Below are positions 26,407-35,958 of a DNA stretch of 64,000 nt, one piece after another. The first letter of the stretch is position 1, and every line of letters starts with the position of its first letter. This DNA is from a virus, in IMG/VR virus record IMGVR_UViG_3300025732_000017; one strand, given 5' to 3'. The translations under genes were made by a program, and so were the position numbers. The notes beneath the pieces are model-generated. The model was not told where the DNA came from. It saw only the letters and a list, made by a program, of their open reading frames with translations, and ran no database searches.

Positions 26407-26952
26407 TCAGTCTGTTGGACGGATGTTCATTGAGATGTCTTGGCCAACCATGTGGCTTTTGAGCATCCATCCAATTTTTGCATGTTTGTCGAGGCGATCT
26501 TCTAGGTAATTGACAAGACCGAAGTTACTATCTCTCTCGGCAAAACTTCTGGCAGCAATCAACGAATCATGGGTTGAGGTGTTTGCAGCAAATAGACGAG
26601 CAAACATTGTTTTTGGGCCAGGCACTTCTGAAGAATCTGACATGGTCGACATCATTTCAAATTCCTTGAATGTGCCTGGTGCATAACTTCCCAATGCACG
26701 AATTTGTTCTGCTGTCTTGTCAATTTCTTCAAAGATCTGTTCATATAGTTTTCCAAAGAAATCGTGATATGATGAGAAGAAAGGACCCTCTACATTCCAA
26801 TGATACTTGTGTGCAAGTAGATACATGCTGAATGTATTGGCTAGAACGACATGCATTGAACGGACAAGATCTGATTTGCCCATGAATTGCTCATTGAGTT
26901 CTTGTTCCAACAAAAGTTCGGTGTTGTTTTCTTGTTCGTTCTGTTCTTCCAT
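26407..26952 (-). CDS. dps: Dps / ferritin-like DNA protection protein
   Basis: HKYHWNVEGPFF..YH.FF..LY...D..AE.IRALG, H.K..WML. Confidence 0.92.
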   Translation of the reverse strand: MEEQNEQENNTELLLEQELNEQFMGKSDLVRSMHVVLANTFSMYLLAHKYHWNVEGPFFSSYHDFFGKLYEQIFEEIDKTAEQIRALGSYAPGTFKEFEMMSTMSDSSEVPGPKTMFARLFAANTSTHDSLIAARSFAERDSNFGLVNYLEDRLDKHAKIGWMLKSHMVGQDISMNIRPTD

Positions 26953-26990
26953 GATTGACATTCCCTCTCAACTATGATATATTTATAACC

Positions 26991-27566
26991 ATGAATATCT
27001 TCTATCTCTCCCATGATCCCGTTCAATGTGCCGAGTGGCATGTTGACAAGCATTGCGTAAAGATGATTCTGGAAAGCGCACAGTTGCTTTCCACTGCTCA
27101 TCGCGTAATTGATGGCACGCCGACGACTGAAAAACGTCTTATTGCAGGATCGTCTCCTGCACGTTGGCGTAATATCAAGCGTTGGTCATTGCCAAATGAT
27201 TCGCGTTTTCCAAATGATCGTGATGCAATTGTCTATCAGGCTACGCACATGAATCATCCATCTGCGGTTTGGTCGCGAGAAAACAATGAAAACTACAGTT
27301 GGCTTTTCAATTTGTTTACATGCCTGATGGACGAATATTCGTATCGTTATGAGAAGGAACATGTCTGTCGTAAACTTGTTCCATATTTGCAATTTGCTCC
27401 TGCAAATATTCCTGTGAATAAGTTTACGCAGCCAACTCCTGCAATGCCAGATGAATACAAGGTGAATGGTGACAGCATTGCATCATATCACAATTATTAT
27501 CGTGGAGCCAAGGCACGAATGGCTGCGTGGAAGAAGCGTGATGTACCGTCATGGTACAATAAATAA
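26991..27566 (+). CDS. Pyrimidine-dimer DNA glycosylase-like protein
   Basis: MNIFYL...HVDKHCVKMILESAQLLSTAH...THMNHPS..W motifs. Confidence 0.75.
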   Translation: MNIFYLSHDPVQCAEWHVDKHCVKMILESAQLLSTAHRVIDGTPTTEKRLIAGSSPARWRNIKRWSLPNDSRFPNDRDAIVYQATHMNHPSAVWSRENNENYSWLFNLFTCLMDEYSYRYEKEHVCRKLVPYLQFAPANIPVNKFTQPTPAMPDEYKVNGDSIASYHNYYRGAKARMAAWKKRDVPSWYNK

Positions 27567-27592
27567 ATTGTATTATTTTTTGGAAATATAGA

Positions 27593-28804
27593 ATGAGTTC
27601 TACTTTTTGTGCGAGAAACTATGATTATTACTTCGTAGAGTTAGATAGACTTGTTTGGAAAATGTGTTGTCACACCACTCCAAGGACCATGGCTGCTGGT
27701 GCTGATTGGTTCAATGGTGCAGAAATGCAGGATCGTAGACATGCAGCTAGCAATAATATAAAACATAAAGACTGTCATTTTTGTTGGAAATTAGAAGATT
27801 CTGGATTTCTAAGTCCTCGTCATCATTCTTTAAAAACATATAAAGACTCCAGTGAATTTGGTAATAAAGATATTTTAGAAATAAAACTTAGTAATATTTG
27901 TGATTTAGCATGTAGATATTGTGATGCTCCATTTAGTACTATTTGGGCCCAGAGAAAAGGATCTTATGTTAAAAATGACATAAATGGTGTTCCTACGGTA
28001 CAACAATATGATAAAAAATTTATGAGTAATTTTACGTCTACTGCTGATTATAAAAAAGTTTTTCAACAATTTGTTGATTGGTTGAATAGAGAAATGCCCA
28101 GATTTACCAAAGGTCGTGGCATAACATTTACAGGTGGTGAACCATTTTTAGACAATAATTTGTACGAACTTATTGAACAATTAAATTTAAAAGACACAAG
28201 AATAGTATTTAATACAAACATAAACACACCCGAAAACAAATGGAAACAACAAACTGATTTGTTGCAAAAACTTATTGCAAAAAATAATACAGTCATGCTA
28301 AGATGTAGTATTGATGGAATTGGTGCTCAACAAGAGTGGCAAAGACAAGGCTGTGATTGGAATCTCATGAAAGAAAATTGGATGAGACTTGGTTCTTTGC
28401 CGCTAACAATGGGTGCCGCCCTTACTGTAACACCTTTAACTCTAGAAAGTATGTGTGGTGTTGGTGCTTTTGTAAAACTAACCTCAAAAAAAATGAATAA
28501 AATACCAATATGGTTTCCTTCATCTGTAGTAAATTTTCCAAAACAACTTTGTCCAATAGAATGGTTTTCTTCTTTTAAAAAAGAAATAGAGACAATGTTA
28601 AAATTGGTTAGAGCTGATACTGTATTTTCTGGTGAAGTTGTTTTAAACGAATTAAATTCTTGGCTAAGTAGTTCAAATATTCAACCTTCAATACAAGCAA
28701 AAGACATGCTTGTGTCCAAATTGGATGAAGCCGAAAAACTTTATGGTGGCGGTTCTTGGAGAGAAATCTATCCTAAAGTTGCAGAAATAGCCACAAAGAA
28801 ATAA
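27593..28804 (+). CDS. Radical SAM protein
   Basis: CDLACRYC, FTGGEPFL, SIDG. Confidence 0.85.
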   Translation: MSSTFCARNYDYYFVELDRLVWKMCCHTTPRTMAAGADWFNGAEMQDRRHAASNNIKHKDCHFCWKLEDSGFLSPRHHSLKTYKDSSEFGNKDILEIKLSNICDLACRYCDAPFSTIWAQRKGSYVKNDINGVPTVQQYDKKFMSNFTSTADYKKVFQQFVDWLNREMPRFTKGRGITFTGGEPFLDNNLYELIEQLNLKDTRIVFNTNINTPENKWKQQTDLLQKLIAKNNTVMLRCSIDGIGAQQEWQRQGCDWNLMKENWMRLGSLPLTMGAALTVTPLTLESMCGVGAFVKLTSKKMNKIPIWFPSSVVNFPKQLCPIEWFSSFKKEIETMLKLVRADTVFSGEVVLNELNSWLSSSNIQPSIQAKDMLVSKLDEAEKLYGGGSWREIYPKVAEIATKK

Positions 28805-28849
28805 TAAGCATAAATAATAGCATGTTCAACTCTAACCCAGGATTATATA

Positions 28850-29107
28850 ATGCCAACGTATGACTTCATCAATGAAGAGACTGGTGAGATCTTTGAGATG
28901 CAGATGTCCATCGCTGAGAAGGAAAAGTATCTAAAGAAGAACAAGCATATCAAGCAGGCTGTGACGAAAATGTCTATCGGCGATTCAGTTCATCTTGGAA
29001 TCACGAAGCCGCCAGCCGATTTCCAAAAAGGAGTTATTGGTCGCATGAAGGAAAAGATTCATGGAAACAAGATCAATTCCAAATTCGGTATTCCGAGAGA
29101 GTGGTGA
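28850..29107 (+). CDS. FmdB-like small protein
   Basis: MPTYDF...TGEIFE; CATAAATA late motif at 28809. Confidence 0.65.
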   Translation: MPTYDFINEETGEIFEMQMSIAEKEKYLKKNKHIKQAVTKMSIGDSVHLGITKPPADFQKGVIGRMKEKIHGNKINSKFGIPREW

Positions 29108-29207
29108 GTGATTAGTCCCATTTCTCCCGTGTATAGAACAGTATTCAACACCAAAAGAGGATCTCGCGAAAATGCAGGATCCTCTTTGTCATTTCAGAGA
29201 GGCGTAC

Positions 29208-29906
29208 ATGTCAAAGAAAAAGAAGAGACTGCAAAACCAGCAACAGCAAAATCATTTCTCTCTACGAACAATCTCTCCACTAACACTCAATCAATCATCA
29301 ACATTCAAGGCCTTTGAGCAGGGCAAGCACCTTCTTCTACACGGCGTCGCAGGCACAGGCAAGACATATATCTCTCTCTATCTTGCACTAAACGAGGTGC
29401 TAAACAAATCAAGATACAAACAAATAGTCATCATACGAAGTGTCGTTCCATCACGCGACATGGGATTTCTTCCAGGAACTGCAAAAGACAAAGCCAGAGT
29501 CTATGAAGATCCATACAAGATGATTTGCGATGATCTTTTCAGTCGTGGTGATGGATATGAGATTCTAAAGACCAAGAGACTTGTAGATTTCAATACGACA
29601 TCATTCTTGCGCGGTGTTACATTCAATGATGCGATCATCATTGTTGACGAATGTCAGAACATGATAGGTCAGGAATTGGATACTGTGATGACTCGCGTTG
29701 GAAACAACTGTCGTATTGTTTTCTGTGGTGACTTTAGGCAAACTGATTTGGCCAAGCATGAGGAAAAGCGAGGACTCTTGACATTCATGAATATTCTTGA
29801 TAAAATGTCTTGTTTTGAAAAGATTGAGTTCGGAAAGGAAGACATTGTTCGTTCCGCACTTGTCAAATCATACATTATTTCCAAACTGGAGTTAGGATAC
29901 GTTTGA
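29208..29906 (+). CDS. phoH: PhoH-family ATPase
   Basis: GVAGTGKT, MGFLPG, FLRGVTF, VDECQN, GD..Q.D, DIVRS.LV. Confidence 0.93.
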   Translation: MSKKKKRLQNQQQQNHFSLRTISPLTLNQSSTFKAFEQGKHLLLHGVAGTGKTYISLYLALNEVLNKSRYKQIVIIRSVVPSRDMGFLPGTAKDKARVYEDPYKMICDDLFSRGDGYEILKTKRLVDFNTTSFLRGVTFNDAIIIVDECQNMIGQELDTVMTRVGNNCRIVFCGDFRQTDLAKHEEKRGLLTFMNILDKMSCFEKIEFGKEDIVRSALVKSYIISKLELGYV

Positions 29907-29907
29907 T

Positions 29908-30069
29908 ATGTTGATTTATGCTGCGCCTTTGATCATTTGGATGATCATGCAATTAATGAGGACAATCATGCTCACTTGGCCAAATGCATTCAATGCTTGG
30001 ATGTGCGTCTTTACATATTTGGCAATTGGATTGATTTTCCTAAACTTCTTGTTTTCATTGGCACAGTAA
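29908..30069 (+). CDS. Small membrane protein, 53 aa
   Basis: Hand-translated; two hydrophobic segments. Confidence 0.5.
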   Translation: MLIYAAPLIIWMIMQLMRTIMLTWPNAFNAWMCVFTYLAIGLIFLNFLFSLAQ

Positions 30070-30722
30070 TGAAGAAGTTTCGTCATGCATTTGTGAATCT
30101 TCCGCAGTTGACGGAAGAATATATTGACGGAAGGAGACACTACAAGACTCCAGAAGGTAATGTGTATCCTTCCGTCACTACCATTCTCTCGCGTCTACCA
30201 AACGAAAGTTTGCGTGAGTGGCAAAAGAGAGTTGGTGAAGAAGAAGTAAATCGTGTTTCCAAAGTATCTGCTCGTCGTGGCACCAATCTTCATGAAATAT
30301 GTGAGCGATATCTATTGAATGAAGAAAGACCGATGCGTGGACACATGCCGGATGTTCAAGGCATGTTTGTAGAATTGTGCAAGTATATTGATCGGATAGA
30401 TGAGATTTATGCGATTGAAGCACAGTTGTATTGTGACACATATCAATTTGCCGGACGATGCGATGTCATTGGTACATTTGATGGGCATCCTGCAATCATG
30501 GACTTCAAGACTACGAAGTCTGAAGTTGATTCCAGCATGGATAAGGTCAAGAAGTATTTCATGCAGTTATCCGCATATTCTCTTGCGTTTGAGGAAAGAA
30601 CTGGTCAGGAAATAAATCTTGGTGTGCTGTTGTTTGCATCCAATGAGACTGAACCTAGTTGCATTCAAGCGGACTTGACCAAGTACAAGATGGAATTTAT
30701 TTCAGTTCTTGACAATCCCTAA
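30069..30722 (+). CDS. PD-(D/E)XK (RecB/Cas4-like) exonuclease
   Basis: YPSVTTIL, RGTNLH, AGRCD, IMDFKT, QLSAY. Confidence 0.85.
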   Translation: MKKFRHAFVNLPQLTEEYIDGRRHYKTPEGNVYPSVTTILSRLPNESLREWQKRVGEEEVNRVSKVSARRGTNLHEICERYLLNEERPMRGHMPDVQGMFVELCKYIDRIDEIYAIEAQLYCDTYQFAGRCDVIGTFDGHPAIMDFKTTKSEVDSSMDKVKKYFMQLSAYSLAFEERTGQEINLGVLLFASNETEPSCIQADLTKYKMEFISVLDNP

Positions 30723-30737
30723 ATATTAGATTATACT
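30709..30737 (+). promoter_or_regulatory. sigma70 promoter for tmRNA
   Basis: TTGACA-17bp-TATACT. Confidence 0.85.
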
Positions 30738-30743
30738 ATGGAT

Positions 30744-31070
30744 ATTGCTGTTGATGACGACGCAATAAGCAGGCTGGACCCGGCTTCAATGCCGGCATCT
30801 CCACCAGTAGATACAATGTGAGGGGCTAGTTGCATGGCACACGCGAACAGAGTGCAACCCATCACATAATAGTCGCGATAAAGGTGATGAGCATTGTATC
30901 TACTAATGGGGATGTAAGGGATCGACAGATGCGTAAAGGTTGTCGGAGGTAATCGGTAAGGAACGACCGTCAATTAGTCCAAACAATAGATGCAAACGAT
31001 AATTACGCATCTGAGATGGCTCTAGCAGCCTGAACGGGGTTCGGTGGGGACCTGGCAACAGAATCCCACC
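30744..31070 (+). ncRNA. ssrA: Circularly permuted (two-piece) tmRNA
   Basis: T-arm CCGGC/GCCGG plus CATCTCC-ACCA ending 30806; GGGGATG at 30908 gives G3-U70; tag ANDNYASEMALAA* at 30992-31033; outer ends approximate. Confidence 0.92.
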
Positions 31071-31100
31071 ACTTTCATAAATCGTAGAGGAGTAATCACG

Positions 31101-31283
31101 ATGACTGAAGTATCTTGCTATGTTATGCGACCATTGTCTTTCGCAACTGATAACGAATGCACCTATAAGAATCTGCGTTCGGTCAATTTGAATCGTGCCA
31201 AGAAGCAGAAGAATGTCTATAAACTTTCTTATGGACAGTATGGCACGGAAAATTATGTTTGCTATCTAGCAACACGCGACTAA
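31101..31283 (+). CDS. Hypothetical protein
   Basis: GAGGAG RBS. Confidence 0.55.
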   Translation: MTEVSCYVMRPLSFATDNECTYKNLRSVNLNRAKKQKNVYKLSYGQYGTENYVCYLATRD

Positions 31284-31288
31284 TTACC

Positions 31289-31894
31289 ATGAAGAAACTA
31301 CTGGCAATAGGATTAGTCCTATTGGCTAGCACTCTTGCTTTGAGACAGTATCCATACGATACTGCGCCAAAAGCCTATGCTCAATTACCCGACACAGACA
31401 AGGTTTATGAGTATAGACACGAACTTCCAGATCTTAGCGAGTATAAGCTGGAAGAGCCTGAGATCAAGATGGTATATGTTGATCCGAAGGAAAGAGAGTG
31501 TTTGGCTAAGGCGATATATTGGGAGGCTCGCAATCAGTCCCTTGATGGAAAGATTGCGGTTGGCTTTGTCGTGATCAATCGTGTCAATGCTGGTCTATGG
31601 CATGACAGCGTTTGCAAGGTCGTGTTTCAAGGTTGCCAGTTCTCTTGGGTTTGCACAGCAAATGCAAAGAAGAATCCTGCAAATAACAAGAACTACGACG
31701 AGCAGATTGCGTGGGCTGAATCAATTGCCCTTGCAAACGAGTTACTTTCAGAGTATAATGAAATTCAAGACGTTACATATGGTGCGGTTTTCTTTCATGC
31801 TCACTATGTGAGACCAGATTGGTCAAAGTGGAAGAAGGTTGAACGTACTGTGCGTATTGATGATCATATCTTTTATCGTTTGAGGTCCATGTAA
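31289..31894 (+). CDS. SleB-type cell wall hydrolase (Hydrolase_2)
   Basis: CLAKAIYWEAR, V.NRV, CQFSW, FFHA.YV.P.W, HIFY; N-terminal anchor. Confidence 0.88.
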   Translation: MKKLLAIGLVLLASTLALRQYPYDTAPKAYAQLPDTDKVYEYRHELPDLSEYKLEEPEIKMVYVDPKERECLAKAIYWEARNQSLDGKIAVGFVVINRVNAGLWHDSVCKVVFQGCQFSWVCTANAKKNPANNKNYDEQIAWAESIALANELLSEYNEIQDVTYGAVFFHAHYVRPDWSKWKKVERTVRIDDHIFYRLRSM

Positions 31895-32115
31895 TGCCCA
31901 CTAAGGATGAAATGCTTTCCTTTGCCAAAAACATTGAAAGCATCGTGAAGGAAAAAGACCTAAACTACATTGATGCCATCACGCATTTTTGTGAGGTCAA
32001 TTCATTGGAGATTGAGTCTGTGACAAATCTCATCAATCAATCGCTCAAGGCCAAGATTGCATATGATGCATCACAGCTCAATCTTCTTCCAAAGAGTAAT
32101 ACGCTTCCCGTATGA
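31894..32115 (+). CDS. gp33: Late transcription coactivator gp33
   Basis: YIDAI...C..N.LEIE...LI...LK.KI..DA..LN.L. Confidence 0.85.
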   Translation: MPTKDEMLSFAKNIESIVKEKDLNYIDAITHFCEVNSLEIESVTNLINQSLKAKIAYDASQLNLLPKSNTLPV

Positions 32116-32768
32116 AAATTGTTGCTATAGAAGCATACAAGTTATTTCAGGCGATCAGACTTCACTTTGTTCGCAAGAGTTTCAACTACTTCAAGAGTGG
32201 TGGAAGCGTGAAAATAACCGAGAAAGCGTTTCTTGCCCGAAGGGACAAGTTTGCTTTCTATAGATTGGCCAAGATGTATGATCGTGATACATTCATTGAT
32301 TTGTCATTGTCAAATGTATTGTATAGTGTATCATATTCAAAGAACAATCAACTTGTTTTGAGAACGAACAGTTCATTGTATTCGCTGGCTCTTCTTGAGC
32401 CAGAAGCAGAAGATATTTTGATTGAGTATCAAAAAAGATTTCAAGCATTGACATACAATTTCAAGCAGGACTTGAAAAAGATTTTAGATTGGGCGCATGA
32501 TAATGAATGTACTGTGGATAGGATTCTTGATCCTGGTGATTCTTATCCTCCGCTCTTGACTATGGTGATGCAAGAGAATATTTCTTTGGAAACTCTTGTG
32601 ATCATTAATGGTGTGATAAACTTTTTACCCATGTGGAATCGTCGCATCAAGGACGAAATCATATGGCCCGATTTTGCATTCAAATGCGAGAAGTATACTC
32701 CATTTGTTTTGCAGAGAATTGATTTGGAGAGCATGAAAAAGATCATCAAAAATGAACTTTGTTCTTGA
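32112..32768 (+). CDS. gp59: Helicase loader gp59
   Basis: AI.LHF....NYF...G.V.....F..R.DKF.F; I.LET..I; KY.PF. Confidence 0.85.
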   Translation: MKIVAIEAYKLFQAIRLHFVRKSFNYFKSGGSVKITEKAFLARRDKFAFYRLAKMYDRDTFIDLSLSNVLYSVSYSKNNQLVLRTNSSLYSLALLEPEAEDILIEYQKRFQALTYNFKQDLKKILDWAHDNECTVDRILDPGDSYPPLLTMVMQENISLETLVIINGVINFLPMWNRRIKDEIIWPDFAFKCEKYTPFVLQRIDLESMKKIIKNELCS

Positions 32769-32862
32769 CTTCAATTCAACGCATGATATATAATAGTGAT
32801 TATTATGAATCATGTGAACAAGCTGATATACAAAACATACAACGCATACGAAAGGAAATACA

Positions 32863-33741
32863 ATGTCTACATTTGCAGCACTAAAGAAGTCCAGCGGTTC
32901 GATTGACAAGCTGGCACGCGAGTTAGAGAAACTCAACGCTCCCGCAACAAATTCTTCTGAAGATACACGTTTTTGGAAGCCAGAACTTGATAAGGCTGGT
33001 AACGGCTTTGCGACCATTCGCTTTCTTCCTGCGCCAGCAGTTGATGGTGATGATGCGCTTCCTTGGGTTCGTATCTTTGATCATGGCTTCCAGGGTCCTG
33101 GCGGCTGGTACATTGAGAATTCGTTGACGACTCTGGGTCAGAAAGATCCTGTGTCTGAGCATAACTCGGTTCTTTGGAATTCTGGTATTGAGGCTAACAA
33201 GGAGATTGCTCGCAAGCAGAAGCGTCGCTTGAAGTATATCGCCAACATTCTTGTCATTAGCGATACGAAGAATCCAGACAACGAGGGCAAGGTATTCTTG
33301 TTCAAGTTTGGCAAGAAGATCTTTGACAAGATCACCGAAGCAATGAATCCTCAGTTTGATGACGAGAAGGCAACCAATCCTTTTGATTTCTGGGCTGGTG
33401 CAAACTTCAAGTTGAAGGTTCGTAAGTTTGAAGGTTATCCAAATTACGATAAGTCCGAGTTTGAGAAGTCTTCAGCACTTTATGATGGTGATGATGCGAA
33501 ACTTGAGAAACTTTGGAAGATGGAATATTCACTCAAGGAATTCCTTGATCCGAAGAACTTCAAGAGTTATGACGAACTCAAGACCAAGTTGAATCGTGTT
33601 CTTGGTCTTGATGGTGCAGCGCCTGCACCAAAGACAAAGGCTTCAGATGAAAAGTCATCTTCAAAGGAGACTCCGCCTTGGAGTGGAGATGATGACGACG
33701 ATGATATGAAGTTGTTTGAGAAGTTGGCTCGGGAAGACTGA
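32863..33741 (+). CDS. gp32: ssDNA-binding protein gp32
   Basis: FWKPELDKAGNG.A.IRFLP, WYIENSLTT, FKFGKKIFDKI; acidic tail. Confidence 0.97.
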   Translation: MSTFAALKKSSGSIDKLARELEKLNAPATNSSEDTRFWKPELDKAGNGFATIRFLPAPAVDGDDALPWVRIFDHGFQGPGGWYIENSLTTLGQKDPVSEHNSVLWNSGIEANKEIARKQKRRLKYIANILVISDTKNPDNEGKVFLFKFGKKIFDKITEAMNPQFDDEKATNPFDFWAGANFKLKVRKFEGYPNYDKSEFEKSSALYDGDDAKLEKLWKMEYSLKEFLDPKNFKSYDELKTKLNRVLGLDGAAPAPKTKASDEKSSSKETPPWSGDDDDDDMKLFEKLARED

Positions 33742-33751
33742 GTCAATATGG

Positions 33752-33781
33752 AAGAGGGGAGCAAAAACTCCCCTCTTTTTT
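33752..33781. terminator. Bidirectional terminator
   Basis: aagagggga/tcccctctt stem between convergent genes. Confidence 0.8.
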
Positions 33782-35735
33782 ATGACAGCGCACCAGCTGC
33801 TATCATGTTTTGCATTCTAACAAGAGAACTTTCTTCATTTCTAATACTTGCAACGGGTCCTTGTTGAGCACCAGCACCAATCGAAGGTGCATTATTTGTT
33901 GTGTTGTTTATTATTGTTGGTGCACCGCCGGCTTGAGTTTCGTCTCTTGCGCCCGCTAATTGTGCTTCCATCGCACCAAGAACTGGACCTGTCTGACGAG
34001 ATTGCGGTACTGGTAGACCACTAGGTGGCATTTTATTAAGATCAAAATCCGGTGGTAAGTTCTGCATGTGTTGTGGTCTATATGGACCAGATCCTGTTGA
34101 AGGTTGAATCGATCCATCAGAAGATGTGTTTGGTTGTATTGGAACCATTTTTCCTGTATTCGGATCCATGACCGGAGAAACGGGTAATTGTGGTTGTGAT
34201 GGTAAAGTTATTTTTCCAAAATTATTTGCAGGACCAACAAACGGTTGTGATTGTGCCTGTGCTTGTTGTAAGTTATTTGTTCTTTTATTTTTAGGAACTA
34301 ATGGATCATATAATTCCGTTTCAAGACCTTCAAACTTTTTTGTATCGAGTTTTTTATTTGGATCTAATATTGCATCTGCCCTATCATTTGCTCTTTTTAC
34401 TAATCCACCTAATACTTTTCCATCGGCTGTGTGCATCGAACCTCTAACAGTTTCAGCAAGATCGCCGTAGTCGCCTGTTGTTTGACCTTTTTTTAATCCT
34501 TCAACTATCTTTGGATTTTTATTGAATATTGCAGGTCCATTAAACCCTAGGTCTTTCATCACATCTTGTACATGTGGTGGTAGTTTGTCTAGATCAATTC
34601 CTTTATTTTTCAGAGTTTTTCTTGTCAAGTCATCGAGTTTTGATCTATCACTTTGATATAATTTTTCGGCATCTTCTTTCGTTATTCCCTTGTTTACATC
34701 CAACTCTGTTCCATCAGGTAATTTTATTTTACCTGTTCTTAGTTCTTCATCTGTTAATCTGTGTCCATATCCTATATGATCACTGCCTCTTCTTCCACCA
34801 ACTCTATCTGCTCTATTTGTTGGTTCAACTGGTGGTGTGGGTTGAGATGGCTGTATTGGCTGAACGGGCTGTGGTGGAATTACTGCACTTCCGCCAGGCA
34901 CGGCTGGTTGTATAGGAATTGTGGGTTGAGCGGATTTTGGCATTTCACGAACACCTAGTCCGCCAGATAGTTCTATTGGAACTTTTGTAAAGTTAGACTT
35001 ATCAAGATAAGTTGCTCCAGTACTAGGATCGTGTTTCCAGCCCGGAGGTAGTTTTGATGGATCAATTTTTGATGTTTGATTTTCAATTATTCCAATATTC
35101 TTAGCAATTTCGGCTAGATCTTTTGCCGAATCTGATGACTTTGAGAACTTTACTGCTATTGTATTTTGAGATTCTAATTTTTCTCTTATTGCTTCTAGTT
35201 CTTGAACGGCAGGATTCATAAAATCATTTAAGCCTTCTACAAGATTCATTGCTGATGAATTTTGTGCCCCAGGAATCATTGCTGAAGTTGGTCTACCACC
35301 AGGAATAGCTGCACTCGCACCACCACCATGGCCTCCAGGAAGAAGTCTTCTCATTCCGCCAAAGAGTGTTTCTAATATTCCACCCCCGCCACCTTCTTCA
35401 ACCGCTGTTTTTATTTCCTTTAGTGTCTTTGACATTTCTGTCAAGATACCTTTTATTTCACCCAATTGTCTATCTACATTTTTAACATGTGCATTTGTTG
35501 CATTTTGTCTAAATGCTTCAACTTCTCTAGAGGTTCCTGTTGGACTTGAACTTGATGTTTTTGTCTGTCTATCTGGATATAACGGCTCAAATTCAGAGCC
35601 AAAAAGTTTTGTGTATGCACTTCTAACTTTTCTTGTTATTGCATAGTCAATTTTAGCAGCGGTACTTCCTTCTGCGAAGGGGCTTTTACCCTGAAATGAT
35701 ACTCTGCGCGTGTTTGTATTGCGTCTTCTTGCCAT
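33780..35735 (-). CDS. Tape measure/baseplate hub (gp29-like) with internal lysozyme domain
   Basis: Position after gp26/gp51; HIGYGHRL...ITKEDAEKL...GLVKRA; C-terminal INNTTNN..IRN.ESSL. Confidence 0.75.
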   Translation of the reverse strand: MARRRNTNTRRVSFQGKSPFAEGSTAAKIDYAITRKVRSAYTKLFGSEFEPLYPDRQTKTSSSSPTGTSREVEAFRQNATNAHVKNVDRQLGEIKGILTEMSKTLKEIKTAVEEGGGGGILETLFGGMRRLLPGGHGGGASAAIPGGRPTSAMIPGAQNSSAMNLVEGLNDFMNPAVQELEAIREKLESQNTIAVKFSKSSDSAKDLAEIAKNIGIIENQTSKIDPSKLPPGWKHDPSTGATYLDKSNFTKVPIELSGGLGVREMPKSAQPTIPIQPAVPGGSAVIPPQPVQPIQPSQPTPPVEPTNRADRVGGRRGSDHIGYGHRLTDEELRTGKIKLPDGTELDVNKGITKEDAEKLYQSDRSKLDDLTRKTLKNKGIDLDKLPPHVQDVMKDLGFNGPAIFNKNPKIVEGLKKGQTTGDYGDLAETVRGSMHTADGKVLGGLVKRANDRADAILDPNKKLDTKKFEGLETELYDPLVPKNKRTNNLQQAQAQSQPFVGPANNFGKITLPSQPQLPVSPVMDPNTGKMVPIQPNTSSDGSIQPSTGSGPYRPQHMQNLPPDFDLNKMPPSGLPVPQSRQTGPVLGAMEAQLAGARDETQAGGAPTIINNTTNNAPSIGAGAQQGPVASIRNEESSLVRMQNMIAAGALS

Positions 35736-35767
35736 CTATTTTTCCTGCTTTATTTGTCCTTGATCAT

Positions 35768-35911
35768 TTACTTTTTTCTTGCTGCGTTTAAGTCTTTCAA
35801 TCTTTGATTTTCATTTTCAATATACTGTATCAATAATACTGTGTATATGTCTCTTTCCCAAGGTATCATATTTTCAAGTTCTGTTAAACTATACTTATGA
35901 TGCTGCATCAT
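35768..35911 (-). CDS. gp51: Baseplate hub assembly protein gp51
   Basis: Hand-translated MMQHHKYSLTELENMIPWERDIY... Confidence 0.85.
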   Translation of the reverse strand: MMQHHKYSLTELENMIPWERDIYTVLLIQYIENENQRLKDLNAARKK

Positions 35912-35958
35912 TGAAAAATTTGTTTGAAAATAGTTCGCTAGCGTTTCATGACCAAGGC

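Noticed and set aside
30770-30806. Stand-alone tRNA
   Set aside because: Only T-arm and acceptor 3' strand are present; explained as the tmRNA acceptor piece
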